A DNA stretch of 64,000 bases from Leucoraja erinacea (GCF_028641065.1 NC_073381.1:27032001-27096000); one strand, 5' to 3'; counted from the first letter of the stretch, positions 22,495 through 36,406 are shown. The notes: generated by a model from the letters alone, not told the origin. Program-made: numbers and translations.

Positions 22495-25400
22495 TACGGA
22501 CAGGGGTTTCTGCGGCAACAGACGGGATGCGAGGATGGTGTGCTGCCTTCCCGGTGCCAGGATCCAGGATGTCACGGACGGAGTGCAGAAAATCCTCAAG
22601 GGCGAAGGTGAACATCCGGAAGTGGTAGTGCATGTCGGCACAACATGTCGGAAAGAAGGGGATGAATATTCTGCAGCGTGACGGCGGTTTGACATGTTGG
22701 CAGGCAACGCAATGTCGGAAAGAAGGGGATGAATATTTCAGTTGCATGCGTGGATCTTAGAGAGAGGTTAACAGAAGGTAATGTTGTAATGGTGGTGACG
22801 CAAAGGTCCAAAATAAGTGCGAGGTTAGGGTCGTGGGGGAGAAGTGGCAAGGATGCTCCAGGGGTTATTTCCGGATAATGCTTCCAGGTTTCCCAGCAAT
22901 GCAGTGGTGGAAGCTGGCAGATAGTAACAGTTATCTGGGGCGGGACCAGGGTTTGGCAGGCAGGTTTTGCAACTTCTACACGGGTGGCTTTAAACTGAAT
23001 AAGGGAGGTAGGGTGTCGAATGGGATAGTGGAGGATGGAGTTAAAGGGAAAGGGTTTCTTAAATGTGTGAGCGTAGAGACCGAGGGGTGTAAAATGAGGG
23101 TAGAAGCAATAGGTAGCAAGGTGAAAAGTAAAAGTGGCAGGCAGACAAAACCCGGGCAAAGATCAAAAGGAGCCACTTTTCAACATAATTGTATAAGGGG
23201 TAAGAGTGTTGTAAAAACAAGCCTGAAGGCTTTGTGTCTCAATGCAGGAGCATTCGTAATAAGGTGGATGAGTTGAATGTGCAGATAGCTATTAATGACT
23301 ATGATATAGTTGGGATCACGGAGACATGGCTCCAGGGTGACCGAGGCTGGGAGCTGAACATCCAGGGATATTCAATATTCAGGAGGGATAGAGAGAAAGG
23401 AAAAGGAGGTGGGGTAGCGTTACCGATTAGAGAGGAGATTAATGCAATGGAAAGGAAGGATATTAGTTTGGAGGATGTGGAATCGGTATGGGTAGAGCTG
23501 CGAAACACTAAGGGCCAGAAAACGCTGGTGGGTGTTGTGTACTGGCCACCTAACAGTAGTAGTGAAGTTGGAGATGGTATCAAACAGGAAATTAGAAATG
23601 CGTGCGACAAAGGCAAATTGGCAGGGGTGCCGAGGAAGAGGATTTCTTGGAATGTATGCGGGATAGTTATCTAAATCAACATGTAGAGGAACCAACGAGA
23701 GAGCAGGCTATTTTAGACTGGGTATTGAGTAATGAGGAAGGGTTAGTTAGCAATCTTGTTGTACGTGCCCCCTTGGGCAAGAGTGACCATAATATGGTTG
23801 AGTTCTTCATTAGGATGGAGAGAGTGACATTGTTAATTCAGAAACAATGGTTTTGAACTTAAAGAAAGGTAATTTTGAAGGTATGAGACGTGAATTGGCC
23901 AAGATTGACTGGCAATTAATTCTAAAAGGGTTGACGGTGGATATGCAATGGAAGACATTTAAAGACTGCATGGATGAACTACAAAAATTAATCAGGGAAG
24001 GTAGTACATCCGTGGATAACAAGGGAAATCAGGGATAGTATCAAAGCGAAGGATGATGCGTACAAATTAGCCAGAAAAAGCAGCATACCGGAGGACTGGG
24101 AGAAATTCAGAGACCAGCAGAGGAGGACAAAGGGCTTAATTAGGAAAGGAAAAATAGATTATGAAAGAAAACTGGCAGGGAACATAAAAACTAACTGCAA
24201 AAGTTTTTATAGATATGTGAAAAGAAAGAGATTAGTTAAAACAAAGGTAGGTCCCTTGCAGTCAGAAACAGGTGAGTTGATCATGGGGAACAAGGATATG
24301 GCGGACCAATTGAATAACTATTTTGGTTCCGTCTTCACTAAGGAAGACATAAATAATTTGCCAGAAATAGCAGGGGACCGCGGGTCAAAGGAGTTGGAGG
24401 AATTGCGTGAAATCCAGGTTAGCCGGGAAGTGATGTTGGGTAAATTGAATGGATTAAAGGCCGATAAATCCCCAGGGCCAGATAGGCTGCATCCCAGAGT
24501 ACTTAAGGAAGTAGCTCCAGAAATAGTGGATGCATTAGTAATAATCTTTCAAAACTCTTTAGATTCTGGAGTAGTTCCTGAGGATTGGCGGGTAGCAAAT
24601 GTAACCCCACTTTTTAAGAAGGGAGGGAGAGAGAAAACGGGGAATTACAGACCAGTTAGTCTAACATCGGTAGTGGGGAAACTGCTAGAGTCGGTTATTA
24701 AAGATGGGATAGCAGCACATTTGGAAAGTGGTGAAATCATTGGACAAAGTCAGCATGGATTTACGAAAGGTAAATCATGTCTGACAAATCTTATAGAATT
24801 TTTCGAGGATGTAACTAGTAGCGTGGATCGGGGAGAACCAGTGGATGTGGTGTATCTGGACTTCCAGAAGGCTTTCGACAAGGTCCCACATAAGAGATTA
24901 GTATACAAACTTAAAGTACACAGCATTGGGGGTTCAGTATTGACGTGGATAGAGAACTGGTTGGCAAACAGGAAGCAAAGAGTAGGAGTAAACGGGTCCT
25001 TTTCACAATGGCAGGCAGTGACTAGTGGGGTACCGCAAGGTTCAGTGCTGGGACCCCAGCTATTTACAATATATATTAATGATCTGGATGAGGGAATTGA
25101 AGGCAATATCTCCAAGTTTGCGGATTACACTAAGCTGGGGGGCAGTGTTAGCTGTGAGAAGGATGCTAGGAGACTGCAGGGTGACTTGGATAGGCTGGGT
25201 GAGTGGACAAATGTTTGGCAGATGCAGTATAATGTGGATAAATGTGAGGTTATCCATTTTGGTGGCAAAAACAGGAAAGCAGACTATTATCTAAATGGTG
25301 GCCGACTAGGAAAAGGGGAGATGCAGCGAGACCTGGGTGTCATGGTACACCAGTCATTGAAAGTAGGCATGCAGGTGCAGCAGGCAGTGAAGAAAGCGAA

Positions 25401-26058
25401 TGGTATGTTAGCTTTCATAGCAAAAGGATTTGAGTATAGGAGCAGGGAGGTTCTACTGCAGTTGTACAGGGTCTTGGTGAGACCACACCTGGAGTATTGC
25501 GTACAGTTTTGGTCTCCAAATCTGAGGAAGAACATTATTGCCATCGAGGGAGTGCAGAGAAGGTTCACCAGACTGATTCCTGGGATGTCAGGACTGTCTT
25601 ATGAAGAAAGACTGGATAGACTTGGTTTATACTCTCTACAATTTTGGAGATTGAGAGGGGATCTTATAGAAACTTACAAAATTCTTCAGGGGTTGGACAG
25701 GCTAGATGCAGGAAGATTGCTCCCGATGTTGGGGAAGTCCAGGACAAGGGGTCACAGCTTAAGGATAAGGGGGAAATCCTTTAAAACCGAGATGAGGAGA
25801 ACTTTTTTCACACAGAGAGTGGTGAATATCTGGAACTCTCTGCCGCAGAGGGTAGTCGAGGCCAGTTCATTGGCTATATTTAAGAGGGAGTTAGATGTGG
25901 CCCTTGTGGCTAAGGGGATCAGAGGGTATGGAGAGAAGGCAGGTACGGGATACTCAGTTGGATGATCAGCCATGATCATATTGAATGGCGGTGCACGCTC
26001 GAAGGGCCGAATGGCGTACTCCTGCACCTAGTTTCTATGTTTCTATGTTTCTATGTTT
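22495..26058 (+). mobile_element. CR1/HER1 LINE, 5'-truncated (ORF1 esterase remnant, ORF2 APE+RT, (TTTCTATG)n tail)
   Basis: RMVCCLPGARIQDV...VVVHVGT (SGNH-type ORF1); LCLNA-SIRNK, GITETW, GKSDHN (APE, frameshifted); RT ORF 24217-25965. Confidence 0.9.
24217..25965 (+). pseudogene. CR1 ORF2 reverse transcriptase region, probably inactive
   Basis: NYRPVSLTS, YLDFQKAFDKV, GVPQGSVLGP; catalytic FADD reads FADY here (FADD in the copy at 53569-54147). Confidence 0.85.
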
Positions 26059-26369
26059 ATGAGCCTTTATCAGGAATATTTTGAAATGGGTCGATCTAAA
26101 AATAAGTGAGGTTACGTAAATGTTGATCAGAATTCTGGCTATGTCATTCTTGGATTATAATGTACAGTTCCAGTGTGTCTATCGGAGCAAGGGGAGAATG
26201 AGGTGTTAGTATGATTCCTATTTGAACAAGATTAGTTTGTGCAGAGGCAGCATTGCTGCAGATAAGAAAACCAGGCTTTATATGCCGCAAAGATGGTAAA
26301 TGTCTAAAATATATATACTTGAATTGGAATAGGCATCCATTTCCCAAGCCTCCAATACCCTGATCACGT

Positions 26370-26685
26370 TCACAAGCTATAGAAGCAGAATTAGGCCATT
26401 TGTCCCATCAAGTCTACTCCGCCATTCAATCATGGCTGAATCAGCCTCCTAATTCAATTTTCCTGCCTTCTCCCCATAACCCTTGACACTGTTCTAATTA
26501 AGAATTTGTCTTAAAAAATATCACGGACTTGGCCCCCACAGCACTCTGTGACAATGATTCCACAGATTAACTCCTCACTGACTAAAAAACATTTTCCTCA
26601 CCTCCTTTCTAAAAGAGCCCCCTTTAATTCTGAGGCTATGACCTCTGGTCCCACCAGTGGAAACATCCTTTCCACATCCACTCAA
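26370..26685 (-). mobile_element. CR1 LINE 3' fragment, degenerate
   Basis: TTAGGCCATT...AAGTCTACTCCGCCATTCAATCATGGCTG...CCTGCCTTCTCCCCATAACC. Confidence 0.65.
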
Positions 26686-28459
26686 TTTCAACATCCACTG
26701 ATCAAATCTATCCCTCCCCATTCACAGGATTCAGTTAGCTGAGGGCCAGTGCAACATAAAGAATGCAAAGAGTTTCAGAAGATGCTTTTTCACGTGGCCT
26801 TCAATGTTTGCAGAAAAGGCAGACAGTGGCCTAACATTGGAATTAGTGCAGGCCCCATCATTTAGGTCCGTGAGTTGTATCCTGCACTCCCCAGCTAACA
26901 CATCTGAATTTCTAACCCCCGTAAGACCATAAGACATAGACGTATTCAGCTCCCACTATAACTAATATTTGTAAACAGCAGGATACTTTGCAAAAAAAAA
27001 ATAGAAGGAGATCTCAATATTGCTCTTTTTCAGATCATCTGTTAGTAAAAAATATCTCCCTCCAGGCCAGAGTATTTTGATTTTGATTTGCCTTATTCAC
27101 ACAAAGGATGAGTCAGTCCACACCACCTGTTTTCTGTGCATCAGCTGTGCAAATCTCCACATTAACTTAAATCACTAGACCCATCGCGGAAGAGATATGA
27201 CTGTCTCTCCTCCCATGGTACATTTGCATGCCCAGCACAGCCTGCTGTCTCCTTGTCCATCAATACTTTAACAAACCCACTAACATTCAAAGAGACTGCT
27301 GGTAATTATCCAGATGTGCCTCGGATCTCTAAAAAATCTTTACCGGGCTGCCTTCAAGCATGATTTAGTTTGTCTGATAAATAAATTGCAATTCCAATGA
27401 CGCTCACCCATCACACTTCCAGAATTAAATGTAATCGGAGACACAAAGACCAGTGGGAGAACTGGGAACGCGGAGGGGATGGAGAGAGAGGGAAAGCAAG
27501 GGCTACTTGAAGTTAGAGAAGTCAATGTCCATACCGCTGGGGAGTAAGCAACCCAAGTGATATATAAACAGCACCTCATATTTCACTTGGGCAGCTTCCC
27601 CCCCAATCTGTTTTAGAAACATAGAAACATAGAAAATAGATGCAAGAGTTGGCCATTAGGCCCTTCGTTTTAATTAAGATCCTCTTGTCGTGTTGTGTTG
27701 GTCCTGCAAAATGAGCAGGCTCAATGGGCCAAATGGCCTAAATCTGCTCCTATGTCCCATTAAAAAGGAGTGCATGTCTAGAATGCAGTGTTTGCACAGG
27801 AAATTAAAGAAAGATAATAGTACTTCTGAACTACAGTCCCTGTTGTAATTTAGTAATCTTAGCAATCAATTTACACACAGCAAGGTCCCAGATACAGCTT
27901 TGTGATAATGCCAAATGATATATGACCTTGAAAGTACTTGAAAGACTCATTCAAAGGATGTGGACATTGCTGGCAATTGCACCACTGATGTCCTATCCCT
28001 CACATAGAGGTATATAGGGAGTTATTGTCCCTAACCCTTCCACATCATGTTTTTATCCTTATCTTTCTCATTGACAATTTTCATTGGAAAATCACAGGAA
28101 CCGCAGCTGTTCTATCCAAAACATATCGGCAACAGGTAACTTCCTCTCTGTGATTGCATTTTGTATGATGTAGACTTCTGTGCCACATTGGGGACTTTGA
28201 GTGCATGCTGCAGTAGCTTCGGAGTGAACTTGTGAAAGAGTAAACCTCACAAGAAATTTTAATGTCAATACATTTTTAATTGATTTTTAATTTAATTGAT
28301 TTAAAAAATATATGTATACTTCCTAATAATGCAGGATAAAATCATTTTAAATGTATGTACCACAAGATTGCTCAATGAAAAATCTTCTCTCTTTCTATTT
28401 GAGGACCCAACCTCTGGGTCTCTGCTGTTCTCATGCAGGGTATTAATCCGGAATGGTGT

Positions 28460-28552
28460 CCCCCCCCCCCCCCCCCCCCACCCCCCCCCCCCCCCCCATC
28501 ACCCCCCCCCCCCCCCCCCCCCCCCCCCCACCCCCCCCCTCCCCACCCCCCC
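28460..28552. repeat. Interrupted poly(C) tract
   Basis: ~90 nt almost pure C. Confidence 0.9.
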
Positions 28553-28939
28553 TATGCTGCCTGACCTGCAGAGCTCCTCCAATAGTCTGTTTTTCCTTTT
28601 GCTCTGGATTTTACAAATATAAACACAATGTCCAAATTCCATTTTTACCTAAAATATAGCCAGTCACCAAATCTGAATATCACAAATATCACTCGTCGCC
28701 ACTTGCAGCTGTTTTTGATTAATACACAAGATCCTTCTGTGCTCCAATCATTTGTACCCTCTCTCCATTCAGATCATAGTCTTCCCTTTGATTACTCTTA
28801 TTGTAGTTCAAGACCTCTTAACTCTTCACACTAAAATCGATTTACCAGGTTTTCACTCACTCACTCAACATCTATATCCTGCCACAGAGTCCGAATATCT
28901 TCATTGCAGCATGCCCAGTTTTGTGTCTGTCTTGGCCTA

Positions 28940-29450
28940 TGTGATCTCCCAGTTGCCAAACACTTTAACCCCCCTTCCCATTTCAATACTGATCTATCTG
29001 TCCTGGGCCTCCTACATTGTCAGAGTCAGACCCAGCACAAATTGGAGGAACAGCACCTCATATATTGCTTGGGCAGCTTTCAACCCAGCATATGCATATT
29101 GATTTCTCTAACTTCAAGCAACCCTTGTATCCTCTCTCTCTCCGTCCATCCCCCACCCTAGTCTTCGTACTAGTTTCACAGTCATCCTGTTGAGTTTCAC
29201 TGTATAAATCATTATCACCAAGTCCACAGCCAACAATGGACCATTGTGGGCTCCAGTGCTCTTTGATCATTGTTACTTTTTGCATATCTTTCATTCATTT
29301 GTTCGATATCTCTCTATATCACCAGCTATATCTCTCTTTTCTCTTTACCCTCTCTTTCAGTCTGTAGAAGGGTCTCGTCCCGAAACGTCACCTATTCCAT
29401 TTCTCCAGAGATGCTGCCTGACCCGTTGAGTTACTCCAGCATTTTGTATA
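28940..29450 (+). mobile_element. Penelope-like element 3' fragment (GIY-YIG C-terminus + pLTR)
   Basis: PVAKHFNPPSHFNTDLSVLGLLHCQSQTQHKLEEQHLIYCLGSFQP (ORF 28904-29161), then pLTR with CTGTAGAAGGGTCTCGTCCCGAAACGTC. Confidence 0.75.
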
Positions 29451-30024
29451 TATATCTTAGATACCTTGCAGTCTGATTCTAGCGCTGGGTCGTTAATGTT
29501 GATTGGTAAATAATTGTTGGTCATGGGTCTGATCCTTGGGACACCCCACGGTCACATCATTTATTCCAGCTCTCTGTCTCCTCTGTGATTACCAAATCTG
29601 CACCATATTTCTTGGCACAATCAGAAAAACATTCTTTGGCAACATGTTTACAATCTCCTGAGAACGAGGAGAACAAGAGATATTTTCAAAGAGGAAACCT
29701 TTTAAGGAGCAGATAAAATATGGAAAGCAACACTTAACACACAAGAAGTGAGCGAGTTGAATTCCTATCTGGGCAAATATACATTCATATACTACTCGCT
29801 TTGCATTCAACCTTGAAACTGTACTGAAGGTGAATTGAATGTTAATAAATGCCTTTGCTTCCTGTTGCAACGTACAGAGACAGAATGTGGGGGACATTGT
29901 TTGGAGGAAGGGCAGCAGCAGAACAGGCAAGGTTATTCATCCCAGCTGCTCACTCCAGGTTTAGCTCAAGGGAGGAAGAAAGAAACATTCCTCAAGATTT
30001 AGTCTGCAGCTTCTGAAAAAGAAC

Positions 30025-30095
30025 CCCCCACCCCCCCCCCCCCCCCCCCCCCCCCCCCCACCCACCCCCCCCCCCCCCCCCCTCCCCCACCCCCC

Positions 30096-30137
<42 letters not shown>
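30025..30137. repeat. Interrupted poly(C) tract
   Basis: ~110 nt almost pure C. Confidence 0.9.
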
Positions 30138-30139
<2 letters not shown>

Positions 30140-31534
30140 TCTTTGGCTTCGTATTGACTGGGAAGGAATATCACAAGTAATCTCGAGAACTGTTTCCCTT
30201 GGAGGGGTTGGGGACCTCTTGCTTACAAGGAGATTCAAATAACATTCGCCGCGCCATCTAACCAGGGCTTGGGCTTGTGGTGATTTCAATGCAGACACAG
30301 GCCTCATAGGAGCGTGGGACACCAGTTAAAGAGCTTAACTCCTAAATCCCTTTATCCCCTTTAGAGCAGGGGAGCCACTGACAGAAAGTCAGTCGAGTCT
30401 ATTCAGTGCCAGCTGCTTGGGTTTTGCATAATTAATTATTTATACTGAGCCAGATGCAGTAATTAAGGTTCAGTAGCATATTATATCACAGCGTCCATGG
30501 ATTCTTTTAAAGTGCCCCCCCAGCTACAAGGCAGGTGGCAGAAAAGCCAGTTTAATTCCTTTTTTTTAAATCCATTTTCTCGAAAAAGAAAATTGCCTGG
30601 AAGGATGGTAGAAGGAGCATTCAAGTTGGAATTTCTGTTTTTTTTTTTCAATTAGCAATGGGGAATATACTGGTAGATTCAGGGGCCAGTTTGACTGGGA
30701 TGTGGGGATATTGGCCGTGCTTACGACCAGGGATGACCGTTCATCTAATTGGAGAAAACCACACTGCTGTGACATGAGTGAAGGACATGTTAATGCATTT
30801 GTCCAAAATTCCTTTGACTGCTATTTCAACAAGAGATAAAAATCTGTTGAAAACAGAATACAAAGCAATTTCACACAATATCATGAACCTGTCCACTACT
30901 AGTATAGCTCGTCATATTCAAACCCTATTCATGGTTGAATCTGTGGAGTTTACCCATTTCAGACTGGTCATTTTTAATCAAATTTATCACACGTTTACTA
31001 TTTCCCAATTTATATTGGGAATTATATATTTACAGATTTATATTGAGTTAACTTTCAAATTCTTAATTGTTTTCCCATTCTAATAATTATGTTACCTTTT
31101 CTAAAATTGACAAGTCTCTTTGAAGATACATTGAGTGAAAAAACAGAGCAAACTCCCATTTTGAATGACTAGTATTGGAGACAAGTCTGTTTGCACCATG
31201 ATTCTCTCTTTGCTTATGGTAGGAACTAAATTCATCACACTCATACTTCATACTCATATATCATACTCATGTCACAGTGCGGTTTTCTTCAATAGGTGAA
31301 AGGCTATCCATCATTGCAAACACAGCCCGTGTCCCCATTGTTCAGTAAAACTGGTCCCTGAATTTCAGCTGCAGAGCAACATTTACCAGACTAGCACCAT
31401 TATAAATGTTTTCCAAGGTGTTGCAGCATGGCAAATTTGTCCCTCCTGAGGCACAGTCTAATAAGTTCATATCCCAACCCAATAGCTGAAGAATTTAAAT
31501 GTAAAATCTGGAACACAGTGGTCACTTGTCAATA

Positions 31535-32128
31535 GACACCAGACAATAGGTGTAGGAGTAGGCCATTCGGTCCTACGAGCCAGCACCACAATTCACTGTA
31601 ATCATGTCTGATCATCCACAATCAGTACCCTGTTCCTGCCTTCTCCCCATATACCTTGACTCCGCTATCTTTAAGAGCCAGATCAACTCTCTTGAAAGCA
31701 TCCAGAGAATCGACCTCCACTGCCTTCTGAGGCAGAGAATTCCACAGATTCACAACTCTCTGGGTGAAAAAGTTTTTCCTCATCTCTGTTCTAAATGGCC
31801 TACACCTTATTCCTAAACTGTGGCCCCTGGTTCTGGACTCCCCCAACATCGGGAACATATTGCCTGCCTCTAGCGAGTCCAATCCCTTAATAATCTTATA
31901 TGTTTCAATAAGATCCCCTCTCATACAAGCCCAGTCGCTCCATTCTTTCAACATATGACAGTCCCACCATCCCAGGAATTAACCTTGTGAACCTATGCTG
32001 CACTGCCTCAATAGCAAGAATGCCCTTCCTCAAATTTGAATACCTGAACTGCACACAATACTCCAGGTGTGGTCTCACCAGGGCCCTGTAAAACTACAGA
32101 AGGACCTCTTTGCCCCTATACTCAATTC
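31535..32128 (-). mobile_element. CR1 LINE 3' fragment
   Basis: ORF 31622-31954 RGDLIETYKI...FFTQRVVNLWNSLP. Confidence 0.8.
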
Positions 32129-32130
32129 CA

Positions 32131-33555
32131 TCTTACTCACAGTCCTCCTCTGCTGAGCAGGCCCCAAGGATTTTTCCTATTGAAATAAAAAAATTATGAG
32201 CGTTTAAAAAACCTTGAGATCCTCTCGCCTGTCAATCACCGCGATGTTGGTAACACCCTTACCGGGGGGAGGGGGGCAGGACTATAAAAACCAGGATGCC
32301 TGGATGCAATGCAGTCACTCTGCAAGATCGCAAGGGAGAGGCCATGACTCACATTCTAAGCTGTGAATTAACTGAACTGTGAGCCTGCAATGTACTTGCA
32401 ATAAATGATTTGGTAGCCCTTAATGAAAATGAAATTAGTTATTTGGCCTGCCCTGTGCTTGAAACTGCAATGGCAATGGAAATGAAATGAAAATGCAATG
32501 ATCTGTTTGGCCTGCCCTGTGCTTGAAACTTCAATGGCAATGGAAATGAAATGAAAAGGCAATGAGTGGTTTGGCCTGCCCTGTGCTTGAAACGGCAATG
32601 GCAATGGAAATCAAATGAAAATGCAATTAGTTGTTTGGCCTGCCCTATGCTTGAAACTGCAATGGCAATGGAAATGAAATAAAAATGCAATGAGCTGTTT
32701 GGCCTGCCCTGTGCTTGAAACTGCAATGGAAATAGAAACTAAATGAAAAGGCAATGAGCTGTTTGGCCTGCCCTGTGCTTGAAATTGGAATGGGAATGAA
32801 ATGAAATTAGTTGTTTGGCCTGCCTAAAACCACGGATGTTAGCCCACAAGGCCCCTATTAGCCGGGAAACCAGTCCCTTTTGCCCAAAATGCCCATATAA
32901 ACCCAGGAGGAGCATTTTGGCCCAAAAGGCCCGTGCTATGCCAAGGAAATGTCCAGAAAAAGTGCCTTTCACTGAGATTTAACTAGTTTTTTTTTATTTG
33001 TAAGTGTCCCTTCGGCCCATCAGGCCTGTCCTAGCCCAGGAGGAGTCCCTTCACCCCATCAGTAAGTACTCCCCTTGCAAGTATTAAACCTCACCTCAGC
33101 ATTTTTCTCCCTCCCTTCATTGGCTCCTTGTGAGATCCAGGCCAGGATAGACTTTCTTCCTTCATTGCTGTGATCTGCAGAAAAAGATGAAAAATGTCTA
33201 AAATTGATTCTCCACCCTCTCCCCCTTCTCTCTCACAGAGTCTCTCGCCTGTTTTGGACAGAATTTCTGGCAGTTTCTGAGCTGCCAGCCCACCAGGCCT
33301 GAGTGACTGAGCTGCCAGCCCACCAGGCCTTAGTGACTGAGCTGCCAGCCCAAGAATCCATTTGGTGCACAATGTCCATACTAGCCCTCTGGAAACCAGT
33401 CCCTTCTGACCACAACACCCATACTAGCGCTCCAGAACCTCCCCCCCTCCCCGACTGGCCACCAATATTGGAATTGGTTAGAGAGGTGGAATATTTTGTT
33501 GGGGGACCAGCCCTCCCATGTGAACATGGGACCCAACTGGTCCCACTTAGTCTAG
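32131..33555 (+). mobile_element. Non-autonomous Helitron-like element with internal minisatellite
   Basis: 3' hairpin GGGACC-CAACT-GGTCCC then ACTTAGTCTAG|T; 5' boundary uncertain (A|TC at 32131). Confidence 0.55.
32440..32825. repeat. ~60-bp minisatellite, ~6.5 units
   Basis: TTTGGCCTGCCCTGTGCTTGAAACTGCAATGGCAATGGAAATGAAATGAAAATGCAATGA repeated. Confidence 0.9.
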
Positions 33556-34179
33556 TCTCCTTTAAATGTTGCCTTGCTCACCTTAACGATATGCCCTCTA
33601 GACTTTGACATTTTAACCTTGTGAAACAGGTTCTGTCTGCCTATTCCTTCTCTGCTCTCTCACAATTGTATCTATTCCTATCAGGTCACTTCTCAGCCTT
33701 TGACACTCCAGAGAAAACTATCAATGTTTATATAACCTTTCCTTACAGTTAATACTCTCTAATCCAGGTGGCATTTTGGAACTTCTGCACCCATCCAAAC
33801 CCCACATATCATACTGCAATGGGGCAAGCAGAAATGCACAGAGTACTCCACATTCAGCCTAACCAAAGTCCTGTAAAGCTGCCAAATGACATCCTGACTC
33901 TTATACTGATTGACAAGAAAAATGAGGATGCAAAGTGTAGCTTTAACATGGTTATTTCGCACTTGCAATCGTTCCCTTCATTTGATGTTTCACTTGGGGT
34001 TCTACATCTTTCTCCAAATTTGGATTAAACCAGTTGCAAGGAGTACTCTGTAACTGTTGATTACAGAGAATAAAAGATTGTGGATTTCTGACACAGTACT
34101 TGGAACTGTTGCTGTTACTGACGCACTTGCTTTACTGAAGTCAGGTAGAATTTACTACTTTGGAAAGTCTAAGGTGATA

Positions 34180-34650
34180 GTTTAGTTTAGTTTAGTTTAG
34201 CTTATTGTCACATGCACCGAGGCACAGTGAAAATCTTTTGTTGCATGCTAACCAGTTGGCGGAAAGACAATACATGATTACAATTGTGCCATCCACAGTG
34301 TACATATATATGATAAAGGGAATAACATTTAGTGCAAGATGCAGTCCAGTAAAGTGAGATCAAAGATAGTCCTAGGGTCTCCAGAGAGGTAGATAGTAGC
34401 TTATGACTGCTCTCTAGTTGTTGGTTCAGTTACCTGATAACAACTGGGAGGAAACTATCCCCGAATCTGGGGGTGTGCGTTTTTATACTTCTATTCATTT
34501 TGCCCAATGGGAGAGGGGAGAAGAGGGAGTGGCCAGGGTGCGACTCATCCTTGATAATACTGCTGGCCTTGTCAAGGCAGCGTGATGTATAAATGGAGTT
34601 AATAGACGGGATGTTGCTTTGTGTGATGGTCTGGGCTGCGTCCACAATAT
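34180..34650 (-). mobile_element. Rex1/Babar-type LINE 3' fragment
   Basis: ORF 34430-34645 IPSINSIYTSRCLDKASSIIKDESHPGHSLFSPLP; (TAAAC)n tail. Confidence 0.7.
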
Positions 34651-35496
34651 TCCAGGTAGCTCCACCAAAACGGTGCTTTAAGGTGGCATATCTTGACCAT
34701 GGTTTTCTTGGTGCCTGTGAAATTTGCTCTGAGGATATGCACCACCTTCAGTCTGAAGAAGGGGTCTCGACCTGAAACATCAACCATTCCTTCTCTCCAC
34801 AACCCGCTGAGTTGCTCCAGAATTTTGTGTCCCCCACCTTCTGTTGCACCGGGATAACTTCATTAAATTCAAAATGCCTGGAATATCTTCAATAGACCAG
34901 CAGATGGTATAATCAAATATTTCTTCTCCTGAAGCTATACTGAAAATTAGAATTTTGAATTGTGTTACATCATCCTAATCTATGTTATGATATAATCCTC
35001 GGCCTCTGGTAGGAAGTTTAATTTTTGATCTAGCTTTAAGAAAACATATCTGATTACTTCTGCAGTGAACATCAGATTTAGGTATAATTTTATTTTAGTC
35101 TTAATTGGTTTTCTAATTAATTTGATACCATTAATTTTGGATTGTCTGAATGTTTTAGTTGTACGACAAGTACTAAATGTTAGACTCAAGATGTATGACC
35201 AGCCGTTGTTCCATTATATCATTATCTGCCAGTACTTTCATTCATTACATCTTTTAACCAATATAACAAATAACAAATAATAACAGAATAACAAACTTTG
35301 GAATGTACATTTTGATCTGCATGCCCTTCTGCTTAAATCTACTGTTAAATATTTGAAATAATTAATAGTTTAAAATTGTTTTAATGTGTCGACATATTGA
35401 AGATGGTAGTCTAAGAAGGCAAGCAGGATTTTCCGTCATAGAAAAGATACTAGAGAATCGATTTGTAACATTAAGTACAATTGAATAATGAAATGA

Positions 35497-35805
35497 TGGC
35501 GGTAAGTGGCGCAATGGTAGAGTTGCTGCTTCACAATTCCAAGAGACCCGGTTTTGATCATGATGACGGGTGCTGTCTGTAAGAAATTTGTATGTTCTTC
35601 CCATGACTGCATTGGCTTTCCTCGGGTACCTCCCACTCCAAAAACATACAGGTTTGTAGGTTAATTGGCTTTGATACAGATTGTAAATTGTCCCAAGTGT
35701 GTAGGATAGTACCAGTGTGGAGGAGATCGCTGGTCGGCGTGGATTTGCTGGGCTCAAGGGTCTGTTTCCGCGCTGTATCTCCCAGACTAAAATCTAAAAC
35801 TAAAA
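35497..35805 (+). mobile_element. V-SINE (HE1-like)
   Basis: A-box GTGGCGCAATGG, V-domain, tail. Confidence 0.7.
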
Positions 35806-36371
35806 CAAAGCACTATCAAAGGTTTATGTTTAGGTTTAGGTTTATAATTGTCGTATGTACTGAGGTACAGTGAAAAACTTTGCATGCAATCCAATCAAAG
35901 CAAATAATACTGTACATAAACATAATTAAGTCAAATTCAACTATAATAGTTAGCGAGAATGGATAGGTACAGGATGCAGAATTTAGTTTCCAGCATTGCA
36001 GCGCACCAGTTCCTGAGACAAAGTCCACTGTCTGCAGCAGGGTAGACGGGAATCCGACAGTACCTTATTTTATGGAAAGAAGTTTTCAGATTTTCTATCC
36101 TTTATGTGGAGATAGGTACATAACGCTTGGGCAGCTTACATCATTACATTGGTATTTAACTTCATTTTTTTTTTTTTTTGAAAATATTTTTTATTGGAGA
36201 TAGGTACATAACCTATTACATCATTACAGTCTTACATTTTTAAATTGATAATATTGTCAGTTATTATTACATTGTCTCCAATACCTTTTGCCTTTTTCTT
36301 CCTTTTTTTTTTAAACTAGATAGAACTAAAGAGATAGATGAGGTAAAGAAAGAAAAGAAAGAGAAGAAAAA

Positions 36372-36406
<35 letters not shown>

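Noticed and set aside
28329-30322. Proline-rich and glycine-rich ORFs
   Set aside because: Translations of poly(C) tracts whose lengths may be sequencing noise
32440-32825. Regular repeats resembling a CRISPR array
   Set aside because: Eukaryotic DNA; intervening sequences are near-identical rather than unique spacers; no cas genes
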